This document shows positions 44,687 to 57,620 of a stretch of DNA of 64,000 bases, piece by piece. The DNA comes from Tubiluchus corallicola (taxonomy: Eukaryota; Animalia; Priapulida). The translations under genes and the position numbers were made by a program. The notes below the pieces were generated by a model. That model made no database searches. It was not told the origin of the DNA and saw nothing but the letters and a program-made list of their open reading frames with translations. The stretch lies in NCBI GenBank assembly GCA_030141605.1, contig JAQGDQ010001038.1, positions 4,309-68,308 on the forward strand. The letters are read 5' to 3'. Numbering within the stretch: position 1 is the stretch's first letter; every line of letters starts with the position of its first letter.

Positions 44687-46782
44687 TCATTGTGGCGGTG
44701 TTTGTTTCCAGTATTTGTTCACGTAATATTTTTGGAGCAGTTTACCAAAAGTACAGTCTGAATAATTCACCACATGCTCAGGTTTCATAAAGTATCTTTT
44801 TCGCGCCGGAATCTGCGACAAATGTCCCCAGATGTGATAAGCCGATAATCCGGAAAAGTCGACGTTATTTTCTTTGAATATCGTCCCGTTCGTATCATGC
44901 CACACTCGTGGATCGATGCGTACTAAGTCAGGACTTTGACTCATTATCGAAGTAGGCACTTTCCCAGAGTTGAATAACCAGTTATTACCACGATAATCTC
45001 TATACCCGTCTAGCCACTTTGAGAGGAATTCTGAGCCTTCTTTAGCTACAACCACGCCCGAGTTTATCATGCCTTTCGTGGCGTTTGTTCCCGTTTCTAC
45101 GCCAACAACACAGTCGTAAATGCGCAGATAATCGAACGAGTTAAAAACTAACACGTCAAAGTCCAGATAAATTCCGCCATGCTTTATCAGAATCTCCACT
45201 CTTGCAACATCGGCTATGTGCTTCAGATGAAGAATCGGTTGCTGAAATATTGTCTGCTTTAGTGGATATTCGCGATATTCAAGTTCCGGGATAATCCGGA
45301 AGAGTTCTCGGAACCACATTCCTGGTAGTGGTTTGTCTCCATGTATGATCATCTTGTCCGGGCGCATGTTTTCATAGACGCTGATAGGCCCAATGACTTT
45401 CCAGAATTCCAGTGGAATGTCGTCAGGACCTTGAAGCCAAATATAATGCACAACATTAGGCACCTTGAATGGAATCTCGCCTAGAACGGGATTAGTTCCA
45501 GGAATAAGGAACAACTTATGTGGCAAACCCGCATTTTCAGCTTCATCTGAAAAAGTGAATCGTGAATTATTGTATCTTTAAACTTTTTTCTTGTTTAGGT
45601 TCCTTGTAGTTGGCAGACCACAAAGTTTTAAGTACAGTAACATAATAACAAACCAGACGGTTTTGAAACCGTACTTTAACTGTTTATCAATTTCAATGCC
45701 ACAGTTGGTTAATGGTTTTAGACAAACAAATCATAACAATTTGGTGACTGACAAACTAGCAGAGCTGCAAAATGATGCAACAGCTAAACTTGGCATTGTA
45801 ACAATGACGCAAGTGCATCTCAGCTTCATACTCATTTAATGAATTTTTTTGTATTGACCGTAACAACCAGCTCAAAACAAGTTACAATCAATTCAGTGAC
45901 TCAGTTATTCAACTTATTCAACTCAAGAGTTTTCTTTCGTCAAAGCAGCTACAAGATTTTGCAAAATTGATCACACAAATTTGAAACGTGTGCGCATAAA
46001 AACAAATAGACATTGGATGGTGATTAAAAATAGGTTAATATTAATATACTTAATTATAAAGTATAACAATTTTCAATTTTTTATGTCAGAACTAGCATTA
46101 ACAATTTAGGCATTGTCTATACATTTAAAATAACAGTAATTCGATAGAATCTATTTCTTTATTCCGTTCTCTCAATTTATTGAGATCTTTAATGACTAGA
46201 CCTTCATAAAACAAATGTTCAAATTTCTATTTTCGTTTCCAAATATCTTTGAATTTTGCCCTTTTCTTTGTCATTCAGAATTGCCAAAGTAAATTTGAAT
46301 AACATAACTTTGTTCTATGAGATGCTGCGCACGCGGAGCATTTAAATCTATGGTCTAGGGCGGGGGCATACGTTCCTAGACGTATACTGAAGTCAGAACT
46401 GAACAAACAAAGAGATTCTATGAACAATTGTTATTTCACATATGCAGACAATGGCTGAATTCTGGAACGTTACTTTTGAAGTGATGAAATTTGAGCATCA
46501 TATTCTTGCTCATGAATGTTGTGGAAACTTAGCACAGTTAACGTTTTCTTATGAACAGATTTACTATCACAACTTACGAATAATTCTAGACACATGGCTT
46601 GCACTATCACTATGTTTAATATCGCTGTCACAGGAATTACACAAGTTCTTAATGTTAGCCACAAGTAAGATGGCTATCAGCAAAAATAATAGCACTAAAT
46701 TTTCTTTTTGTAGCACGCGTCTTCTGTAACTTGACTTACAGAATATCATCATCATCACTGGCAATGTTGAAATTGCCAGCAT
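44687..46782 (-). CDS. GT32 alpha-1,4-glycosyltransferase (A4GALT/A4GNT-like, DXD), type II membrane protein, 2 coding exons, ~354 aa
   Basis: Exon 46782-46578 encodes a basic tail (SYRRR) and a TM segment (LVLLFLLIAILLVA) and ends c|gtaagt (phase 1). It joins cag|at at exon 45546-44687. Motifs VPNVVHYIW, HIADVARVEILIKHGGIYLDFDV (DXD), INSGVVVAKEGSEFLSKW, YHIW. The exact start Met is uncertain (several Mets, ~46755-46782). Confidence 0.9.
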
Positions 46783-47991
46783 AACACGAAATGTGTATTA
46801 AGGACTACAATAAATATTGTAGAGAAAATCCATGGGCTAAAATTCTTTAATCACTATGCATGTTGCACCTGTCTGTAACAGTTTTTTTCTACAACACTCC
46901 AATATTTTTTGCATTATGATTTTGTCGATATAGACAAACGGAGCGAGGAAGTAAAGAAATTCAGGCCTAGTTTATTACAGCAGTAGGCCAAATTAACCCT
47001 TAATTAGTTTTTAATGTTCGCAGTTCACTTATTTATTCAAATGTAAACAACAAATAGTGCTTCACAATTTTAGAACCAATGTGAACAAAATCTTGCTTAA
47101 TTCTTGGTGGTGACACTGCCTAATAATTCACTTTCGCTGAAATGTAACACACAATTTATTGAAATGTAATACACTTAACGCAAACTCATCCACTCATACG
47201 GTGCGAAATAAGAACGTCAAAAGCCCCTGCACAATCTCCGTGCAAGCGAAAAGGTCATTACTCCATATCTATGAGCCTACGCGTGTCTGATGCGGAACGT
47301 GCTGGTCTGTAGCACCGGGATCTCTTCCTAGGAACTTGCGAAATTACAATTTGCTTTGAATCTTGTATTTAAAAGAGCATAAACCTAGCGCAGTGCACAG
47401 GAGGCGTGGAGTGGTCAGCATAGTAGTTGCTTCAGTTTTGCAATCACTTTTGTTATGTCTTTTATTATTACACAAATGCAAATTATAGTGCAATATGTAC
47501 AAGTGCAGCCCTCTATTTGCAATTATTGCTACTAACACATAGGCAATATTTTTGTTGTTTTAAATCCAACAGAGTAACCTCTTATGCAAGACGCAACTAA
47601 CATTTTGAGATATAATATTTTCTTATCTTCCTTTAGTCCTCTTTGTGCAGCTTTATCTCCAGTCATTTTTTTTATTTCGTCTGTAACCACCTGCACTACA
47701 TATGCATCTGCGTCTTTCTAAGAATTTCCTTAGAGCACTTTTGGATCATCTGACTTGATCACTTCTTTGCGCGCTAACGAATAGTATTGATAATATCGAA
47801 TACCTCAATCTGCAATTTTGCGTGTCACTATAAAACAGTGAAACACACAACAGGACATAAAAACAATGTAAACGCCAAGAATCCCGGGCAGACCAAGAAC
47901 TTAAAAAATTCTGAATAAATAAGAACATTTGCTCAGAACATACCAAACAGTTATATTACTTACGAACATTTAGAAACAAATGTAATTCTTA

Positions 47992-48048
47992 CTCAGTCTC
48001 ACTCTATTTCGCACTACCTGCGTGAAGAAGCAGCCGAACAGATACTGA
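47992..48048 (-). other. Candidate non-coding first exon of the GT32 gene
   Basis: Minus-strand TCAGT (Inr-like) at ~48048 and donor ga|gtaaga at ~47991; candidate acceptor cag at ~46869, upstream of the first coding ATG. Confidence 0.3.
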
Positions 48049-50612
48049 CATCATCAGTCAATAGATGGCAGTATGAGGCGTCTATCCTCAGGTAGATGAT
48101 CTGCGCAGGTAATATAGCGGGCAATCTCACAGGGAAAAAGATGTCCCTTTGTTTAACCTTCCTAGTTTTTATTGCATTCATTTTGTATTCCAGTGATTCT
48201 AAAAAAACACGAAAATTGGACAGGGCTAAAACTACGAAATTTAATAATCTATTGTTATTTCTCCAAAGGCATTAGATAACTGATTCAAAGTAAGAAATAT
48301 AGTGTCAGCAATGTCGGTAATAATACGAAACTAGGATGAAGATATCAGACACTGCCAATATTATTAAGTTCTAGAATGCTGAATGTCTTCAACAATTATT
48401 CTGCAAATAAAACCAAAAGTATTAACTTGTACAATCATACTGAAAATTTAAGGTATTCTCAAACAAATGGACCGTGAAACCGTGTCCAAATGTTACAATA
48501 AATTCAACTACAGGTAGGAGTTTCTTTTCTTTACTTCAAATTACTATGATTTGTTTGTTCGAAGGATTAATGTCATTCAAAGCTTTTGAAAATGCTTTTG
48601 GCCGCGGAACACAGAGCATCGTCTGCAGGTCAAGTGTTTTATACGCAGCACCAAGTGAGATTCTTGCGAATAAATAGGTTTGCATACATATTTGTGCATA
48701 CGAGCGGGCAAGAGTGCATGCTCACGTACTGCCATCTGTCGTTTTGGTGATCACACTTTAATCACTTGTGAGTGCTTTGGAATCGATGCCTTCATTTGTA
48801 AATAATGCACTTGCTTATTGTAATCCTGAATAACGAAAAGAAAGAGCCAGTTTTCTGCATTTCTTTTTGAACGTACTTAGGTATTCTTATTCTACAAACA
48901 GGCATCATGAATGTAAGGACCTACTCAATACAGGTAGCCTGGCGAGAACCAAAACTCATCTATTTATGAACAATAGTCCCCTTAGATAAGATATAGGACC
49001 ATAAGAGGCATCTACATCGTCTCTCAAAGTAGTAATTCCTCCAGAGTGTATGCTAAATGCAGAAGCGATCATCCAGACTGTTAGCCATCCACTTATTTGG
49101 CTAGACTTGCCGTTGCTGAACTTCGGTCGCAACTGCACAATCTACTTGTAAGGCATGGCGCACGGTAAAATTTCGAAATAAAAACAGTAAGAACAAGAAT
49201 GAAAAAACAAAAATTCATAAATATCACTTTTAATTGCTCACCGTGACACTTATATTATTACAAAACAGTTACCAGACTTCTATTTTCTGGACTTGTACTG
49301 ATAATGCATTTCCATCTTTCAGGTTTGGGGTGATTAAGGTGATTGGGGTTATTAACTTTTATTAACTGCTACAATTTTTAATTACAGTTTTAATGCTAAT
49401 CACAATTCCAGTTTTTTTTATAAACCACAGATTGCTGTGTAATAGTAGCATGTATTCTCGTTGAAGTAGCTTCTTAAGATTAATGGTTTCTAGTTGTCTC
49501 CCAAAAATTACGAACTAGCTTGAGGCAAATATTAAGTTCGGTTCAATTTGTTTAAAGATTTTTGGGGCAACTAATCTCTCATTTTCACGTCATCGATGCT
49601 TGGGAAAAACGAGGTATAATCACCGATTTAAACCGACGTTCATTTACGCTGGATAATGAATGATTCTGACCTACCTGCTTAGACGCTTTTGGTCACTGGG
49701 CCACGAAGTTAGTGAAAGTCTTTTTAACAATGTGAGTGCAAAACACTGTAGCAGTAAGCTGTAAAATATAGAATGCATTATATAGGCCCGACATTATACT
49801 GTAATCTTGCTTGGGTCACACTACAGTTACTGGGCTACGTTTTTCTGTGAAATTGCATGGCATTGTTTTGTCGCGTAAGCAACACTCGTGCAGAAATGGC
49901 TTATTATTGTAGTAATTGGCCACGCAATGGCAATGAACTTTGGCTTTAAAAATGGTTATCAGTATGAAGTAGACGAAAGCTGTAATTATACTTTTAAAGG
50001 TTACAAGTCGTTAAATAATTCCATGGGATTGTTAATTATTGTTTGAGCAAAATATTTCCTCCTACTGTTAACAAGTTGATGTTAAAGTTTATTTCGACGT
50101 AAGATATCAATTTTTTGTTAAATATGCTTTTTGAGTGATTAAATAGTGAAAATACAACAACCTACAACAGTTCAGCATTAAATGAACGTTTAAATGAAGC
50201 ACACACTTTTGATTGTTTTTACTGAATATATGTAGTAATAAACAGAAAGTTTAGTTGAGTATGTTTATGACACGAATAAAAATGCATTAGTTTCAGAGTA
50301 GTAATGATTAGGCACCATTATTTATAGTTTTGCACTTCTAATTTTATTATATTTTTGTGTTTTTCGTTTTACCACTTATTTAGTGTTAAGGCACGTAAAT
50401 ATAACTGTGTTACGCAGCAACTTACTTACGCTATTTTCTACGCTCTAAATCACAAGTAACTTTTAGTCTTTTACCTTTACTTTTGTTATAGTCTTTCTCA
50501 TCTTTATTTTCTTTCTTGGTTCAGTGTACTCAAAGATATTAGTTTGTACAACGTGTTATTGTTTTACTGTTTTAGCTGTTTGCATATTCGGTGGTCCGCA
50601 ATTAAAGTATGT

Positions 50613-50625
50613 GTTGCTGCTGCTG

Positions 50626-50675
<50 letters not shown>

Positions 50676-50746
50676 ATTGCTGTTGCTGCTGCTGTTGTTG
50701 TTGTTGTTGTTGCTGTTGTTGTTGTTGTAGTCGGCGTCGTCGTTGT
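50613..50746 (+). repeat. (GCT)n(GTT)n microsatellite
   Basis: Read directly from sequence. Confidence 0.95.
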
Positions 50747-53430
50747 TTATTGTTATACGGTACTACTGTTTTATTGTTATACTGCTATACTAATTATACG
50801 TTATTCTCATAATGCGTTTTTGAAAGCGAAAACCACTTTTTATGAAAACTTCCCAAAAATTGTTTTTTGTACAATCCTCACTAAAGGTAACATTTTAGGA
50901 TCCATCAGATGAAGTTGCACCGCGAGACAGACATTTTCATCGGCCTAACTATACAGGTGTTTTAAATGTTCTTACTTTTACATTAAACCTTTGTCATTTT
51001 GTTTATGTTATATTTAACCTGCTTTTTTATTCCGGTCCCTGGAACATAAGAAGTAACAGAAATTGATGTTTCAGTTAGCAATAAGTGTTTTTAAAATTCG
51101 AGTGGTAGTGTTATCGAGGATGTGAAATCTAGGATGACCCGTTTCACTTTAATACTTTCTCCACTTTTACTTTTAATTGACCATTTTCTGTTATTTAAGA
51201 ATTAGGATTTATATAATGGGCCATTTACAGGTGCGCATATATAGTTCGTATGGGTTTGCTAGTAATTATCGCTACTCTATTTATTGTACAAGGCTTTTAT
51301 TGTATGGCGTGAATAAGATTTGATCACTGCCCTGCTTTCAGTTTTTTGTATTAATTACCCCAATTAGAGTTGCATAATTTCGTTTTCGTGAGGAAAACTG
51401 TTTACATTTACCGTCTTCGGTTAACTACCTCACATTACGTTCTGCACTTTTCAAGTAATAAATTTCACAGGCTGCCGAACTATCACTGAAACTTTAGAAA
51501 ATGGAAACAAGTGCAAGCCTCCCTTTTGAAATTAGTGATATAGTGATTTTCCATGGCAGCGTGAAATACGTAGGAGTTTATTTTTTCACTGCGATATATG
51601 AAAAATCATTGGCCCGCAGTTCAAAAGTGAAGTTTGTACTTGTTATTTGCTGAATTAAATGGTAAGTTAACAAATTATAATACTTTTATTTTATTTATTT
51701 CGCACAAAATGCAGCTTATATGCAGAGCATGCAAGGAAGTTAATCATGCAAAATAATCAACAGAGTATAAAAGAAGTAACAACAAAATATTTGAAATGAC
51801 AGGCAGAATAACAGGCACTCCGTGTACTGCTTCACACATTTAAGAAAATCTTAACGTACAGATATTTTTTGTATTGAAATTAAAACTTTGTGTGCAACCA
51901 TACGTTAGCCTCTGCTGAAAATGGAAGGTGGGTGGTCACAAAACGAGAAGTTGGTGAAAATGTGTTTTCAAACTATCCTGTTCCTCAGATATTTATGTCT
52001 AGACAATAGATGTCGTCATTCAAGTAAAGTAGTATAAAATTGGACTGAAGAAAATTCGCATTGATCGTTTATTCGAAACAGCGATTGAATGGAAAGAGAG
52101 CTGTGATACTACCCTGTCGTACTCCGTAGCTTGCATGCGCCATTCGATGTATAACTCCTCGCTCTGATAATTTCAGCTTTCACATCTCACCTAAAGTCAT
52201 AACTGCGTTTGCAGACAGGTTAGATACACCAGGTGGGTGAATGCCAGGATGCGTTGTGCTACCTGAACTTGTTGTGTGTTTGGCGGCTCTTTGTTTAGAC
52301 AACCAAGGACTCGAATAGAAATTTGCTCTACATTGTTTACTGCGTCAAATTTACAGGAACGATCAATTTACTTGTCAATAATGAAAAAGTGAGTTGGTGG
52401 ATTGCGATCGATTAGCGAATACAGTCGGTAATTACATATATATATATATATATTCTGGTTAATTAGTTTTTTTCTATAAACATGTTTTTTATTTGTTCAT
52501 ATCATAAGCTTAAGGTGAACAGAAAAAAGAGGTTTGAACCCCAAGCTTGTACATACATTGAAAATTAATTAATACATTAATACATTAATTAATAATAAAG
52601 CATCGGAGAACTTTTACATTGGCAAAATGCTCTACACTCTGTAAACAGTTATCTGCAGCACTTTTCATTACGTTAATAATGACCTAAATTTTAGCGTTAC
52701 TCATGTCTTATAATTAATGTTACAATATTATTTTTAATTTGGGCATGCATACCTTCTTTTGCTTATGCACAATTTCGTCGCTAGTTGCCTTGACATTTCA
52801 ATAAGCTGATTTACTTTTGATACCATTTTCCGAAATCACATGGAACACGAATAAATCCTTAATTGTATATTAGCTCGGGCCGCAGTGACATAATTGGGTG
52901 AGATTGCACAAGCAGAGGAATCTTTTGAGATCAGAGCATTTCTATTGATGGCTGAAGCATTATGGAATTCCACACATTTGAGAATTAGAACACGTACAGT
53001 ATTGTTATAGCAATAATGCTTGTATCATTTATGTTTATGAAAAGGCAGAACAAATTAAACGGATGGGGTTTTGAGAATGAAACCTTTTTTCAAATTAATA
53101 CGAATGCAATATTACATGATAAGATTCAATTAAATATAACGCATAATAATTAGAGAAAATAGAATTCTGGTAACCAATTTACCAATGATAGGAGCTTGAG
53201 GTACCTACTAACAACCCTTGAAGCTGGTGGATTGTAATTTGCACATTGGCAACTTTCTGGTAAAGAATATCATAGATAAGATGGCCGAGGGAAAACCTGG
53301 ATTGTTAAGCATTTTAAAAATGCGATTATACGAAAACAGGAACAAAGGTCTGCTGTTCTTATATATAATTATATACACATATGCAAAGTGATCTACAAAA
53401 TTAATATATATAAATTCTAGTATATATTTA

Positions 53431-53469
<39 letters not shown>

Positions 53470-54889
53470 CTGCGAAACTACGAAAAAATCTTGACGCTGA
53501 GAGCTGGCGTAAATATCTCTAACTATGGTGTAAGGTTCTTACAAATAGCTACACTAGGTGTTACTATAGTATGGTCTGTGAGAAGGGCTTCCTACCCATC
53601 ATCCCTCCTCTCATAATATGCTATAACCTATCAACGCATAACATGATCTTGGAAAATGCATGACACAGATATCCAGGATAGTATAGTGGAACTGCTGAGT
53701 CTTTAACTTTTAACTGTGACTTTACTTTACGAATAAAAAACGGTTAAAACCCTAAACTTGGTTAAGAGTCTCTGAAGCAGTAAAATTGTGCACATCTGCT
53801 GTTTGACTGATCTAACATAAGGAGACCATCAGTGGTGATGCCAAACCACTTTAGCATTGATATTGGGGATGGAGCTTTATTCACACTGGTAATGTGTTGG
53901 AAGTTTCTACGATGTGCCTAATTCTAAGCTATATGAGAGGTGAATTTAGCCTCCAGTATGAAGCAAGACGTTGTGACGTATCCTGAGTCAACCAAAAAGA
54001 CTTGTAAGTCATGTCTTAATTCAGCGTCTGTTGTTGGAATGCTTGAAATCAATGTATGTTATTTCCAACATGAAAAACAAATATGAAGTAGACCCCCGTA
54101 AAACATTAAGCCTTAAACTCGTTGGTTTTTTATGTGAGCCCTCGACTTTGCAAATTCTTTAAAACAAAAGCAGATTAATTAAAACTGCGTCGTTGATTCT
54201 CTGGTTCACATGCCTTGTTGCCTTCTGCAAAAATTGCAGGACAGCAACCGCCCACATATCGTGAATAAAAGATGACGCGACAAGTTAGTCAGATTTGTGG
54301 ATGAGTTGGGAGGTAAAGAGTTGCACCCCCACCATAAAAATCTACTAGCCCCCAACATATGGAAACTGTTTAACTGGTCTAGAACTGTTTGGATAGCGGT
54401 GTAACAATTTTTATTAACAAAATTTGATTTTATAGTCCGCGCCCTTTAGTTTTTCTTGTCTAGTACGTACCAACAAATATCGCGTTCTTCACATTCAGAA
54501 AACATTCAGAATTTTGAGTATATATACATGTTATACGTAATACGGAAGCAATGTAAAATATAACTTTATTATTAATCTAACTGTGTGTCCATAATGCCCG
54601 CGAGGGACTCTCACAAGTGAAAGTGTAACAGCTCAGACAGAAGTTAAGTCACACTTCCTTAAGTTTCGTTGACTTTTTTGTTCATATCTATATGCTAACA
54701 GGGTATGTATAACATAATACAACTAAGCAACTACCTATTCGGTGCCTGGTAAAATGCAATTGTTTCTTGCATTATATAACTGACCTTCAGAAACTTCATT
54801 TGAGGTGGGTGCACTTCAATATGGGGACTGGCTATTTGTTTAAAGGTTGGAAAACGTTTACACAAGCAGGGAATTCGGGTTTCTGTTTT

Positions 54890-55987
54890 CGAAGCTAAGC
54901 GTTGAGAAATTTATATCACGGCTGTGGCGAAGTTGACGATCTCAGAGTGAACACAAAGTATTTCTCTGATTACAATTTTTTACACAAAACATACTGCATA
55001 TTTCCTGCAGTCTGTTTGTCATTTCAAGAAATGTTTTCCACTTTACTAGCTGAACTTCAACATGTGCTCTGTTAATTCTTGAAGCACATCTAAGTGTTAC
55101 TCGATTTCACGTAATGCTTTATCTCTTCGTTCACCGTCACTATAGACTCTGTTATTCTTCCTTTCAGAGTTTTGAAGATTAAAAAATAGTGAACAGTGCA
55201 TTTTGTCCTTCGCATACGCCCATAAAAAGAACAAGATGTGGTGGACGGTGTAGCCATGTTGTTGGTCCATCATTCTCATTGTTTTGGAAAGTTGCATTCA
55301 AGAATTAACTAAATCCTACTAGTGCGCCTTCTTGTTGGAAAACGACCCATGGCTGAATTTTTTCTTACTGTAAAGCCACAAAATGTCCAAGTAATCACTT
55401 GATAAAGTGATGTTCTCAATAAAGAAGAAAGGTCCTATAACCTTAACATGCATTAGATCACTTATGCTGATACTGATGATTGATTGCATAGCCTGCTGTA
55501 AGGGAAAATGCCTGTACAATACGCGTGAAAGAAAATCTATGAACATTCATATTTGTGTCTCAGCTGGATGCAGGGACCAAAGCAACCAATGTGTTTTTAT
55601 TGAAGGTTAAATAATGAGAAGTCTAAACGTCCATTATGCAACAGACAAGCACAATCGTTTAAAATGCTGCTATTCTGTAATAAATGTAGTAATAATTTAA
55701 AAGCTTATATTAACTTAACTACTTAACCCTAAACTTCAATCAATGCACTTCATTTGCGTCTCCATTAATAAGCAATTGGATCACATTTATCCTTGAGAGA
55801 AAGCAATTTGTGATCTTGGTGATTTTTTAATTACTTCTGATTGATCCCACGACGGACGGTCCTCTCCGTTCTCTTTCATGTGTCCTCAGGCGATGGTAAT
55901 AAATGTGTTTTCACTTAGTATACCAGTCTTTTCGGCATCCTTCATCTGGGCATAAAATTGTCGTTTTGTTTCAGCAATAACCTTGTG
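54890..55987 (-). pseudogene. Decayed C16orf89 / UPF0764 (DUF4735)-like pseudogene
   Basis: Colinear peptide remnants: QAMQSIISISISDLMHVK, HGSFSNKKAH**, ECNFPKQ, HGYTVHHILFFLWAYAK..C, NNRVYSDGERRDKAL, FLK*QTDC..VCF, NFATAV. These match the remembered C16orf89 order (SLHYLKLSDPKYL, QDSFSEERSD, SGYCLSHQLLFFLWARMRGC, LNRRAE..RDIF, ILSWQ..GCF, TATAV). Many TAA/TAG/TGA stops and frameshifts. Confidence 0.55.
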
Positions 55988-57341
55988 CTGAAAACCATTG
56001 TAATTAGAGTAAAAGGACAATTACGGGACAGCTGATTCAAACGTCATATTAAGTGTCAATTCTTTGCTGTTACTAACTTGCTAGTAATAGTAACCTTTTG
56101 GAATTTGAAAAATTGAAACGAAAACTTCTGTCTCTACAAAAGCTAGTTAGTTTAGTCGTAACTGAGGCGGCTAATTTTGCGAGCAAATTGTATGATTAGA
56201 TAACTAATGTTTGTTGATAAAGATAGTGGTTCTACAGTCCTTGGTTCAAATCCACCTTCAGCTCGCCCTTCTTTTACACTTCTTAGGTTAAATTTCTTAC
56301 ACAAAAAATAAGGTTGTACTTTGCAAGTTTTTATACCTTGTGAAACAGTGGTCTAATGTACTAAAGAAAAGTACAAGTCTTTCAGCATGTTGGGTTTGGT
56401 TAACTGTTATCACCTAAACTTGTCAAATTTTAAAGAAGAAATTTGCAAAAAACTGCCTATAAAGTATAAAGTTAATTTATACTACCGCTGTATATAAATT
56501 TTTAGGCGCAGAGGTAGCCGCCATTCACTTGAAAATTATATCGCAGCTGGTGCATTTCGTGACTTTCGTAAGCGCATCGTGACTTTCCGTAATTCGCGCG
56601 TTGCTTAAGGTAATTCAAACGTCCGCAGCTTACCTAATGTTTATGCAAAAATATCATAGAATTAGTTATCTATTTTTTTGTAAAAACTTATTATACTTTT
56701 GACGGATATTGACAGTGCGCTAGTTTTCTCTGACGAACGACGTCATTGGTGGAAGAATGGACGTTCAAAATGGGAGCGCTTATATCGCCAAATAATCGCG
56801 CTTAAAGTGATTTTACTAATTACACGAAGCATTTATCACACTTATTACGGATTTTCGTTTTACTGAGTCTACTTCATTCAGTGGTATCGTAGTGATCTCA
56901 ATATTAACTTCATTAGTCTACTACAGGAATTTTAATTTACACCTGTATAATAGCGCGCTCCTCTCTCTACACAACGTCTGCTTATATTTCTGCTCAAGCC
57001 AACTTGGTAGTAGAAGACTTGATGGTGGTACAAAACCTTCAAGTTATGTTGGCTAAAAAATTCTCAACCACCGAACAGGAGTTTACCATAACGCAAGATG
57101 AACGTCATTGGTCGATTACCTGCGAATAAAATTAAAAATCAAATTAATAAAGGCGTTCCGGAACACCTTAAATAATTTCCACTTTTGCAATCTTTGCCAG
57201 CTACGCAGTGTGTGCTCCCTCTAATTGTCAAACTCCTACCTGGTACAAGCGTTTTCTTCATACACACTTCAACCTGCTTAATGCAAATCGTTGCGGCGGG
57301 ACCGAAATATAGTTCAATATCATTCATTATCATTCTAAGAT

Positions 57342-57372
<31 letters not shown>

Positions 57373-57620
57373 ATAATCTTTATTTGCCATAAAAAATCGA
57401 TACTAAACACTGAATGGGCAGAGCTGTTAACCAAATTTGGTTGGTAACCCATCCTCTCTCAACCAGGTAAATAGTCTGGGACCGTATGACAGATGAAACT
57501 GAAAACCAGAATCAACCCTGTCCAGCAGTCACTCATCTATTTCAAGCTAGGCTTTGTGTTGCTTAACTGTCGTACCAGAGCACAGTCGTGAACACTCGGT
57601 TAAATCCTACGTCCTCCAAA
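57342..57620 (-). mobile_element. Possible 5S-derived SINE (SINE3-like)
   Basis: Minus-strand head AGTTAAGCAAC..AGCCTAG..TAGATGAGTGACTGC (57522-57580), a body, then GGCAAATAAAGATTATTA and a (TA)n tail. Confidence 0.35.

Noticed and set aside
48470-49140. Short minus-strand ORFs upstream of the GT32 gene
   Set aside because: Not needed for the GT32 model; no recognisable motifs or consistent splice phases.
54890-55987. Stop-codon reassignment or readthrough in the DUF4735-like region
   Set aside because: All three stop codons plus frameshifts are present, and the four intact genes use the standard code.
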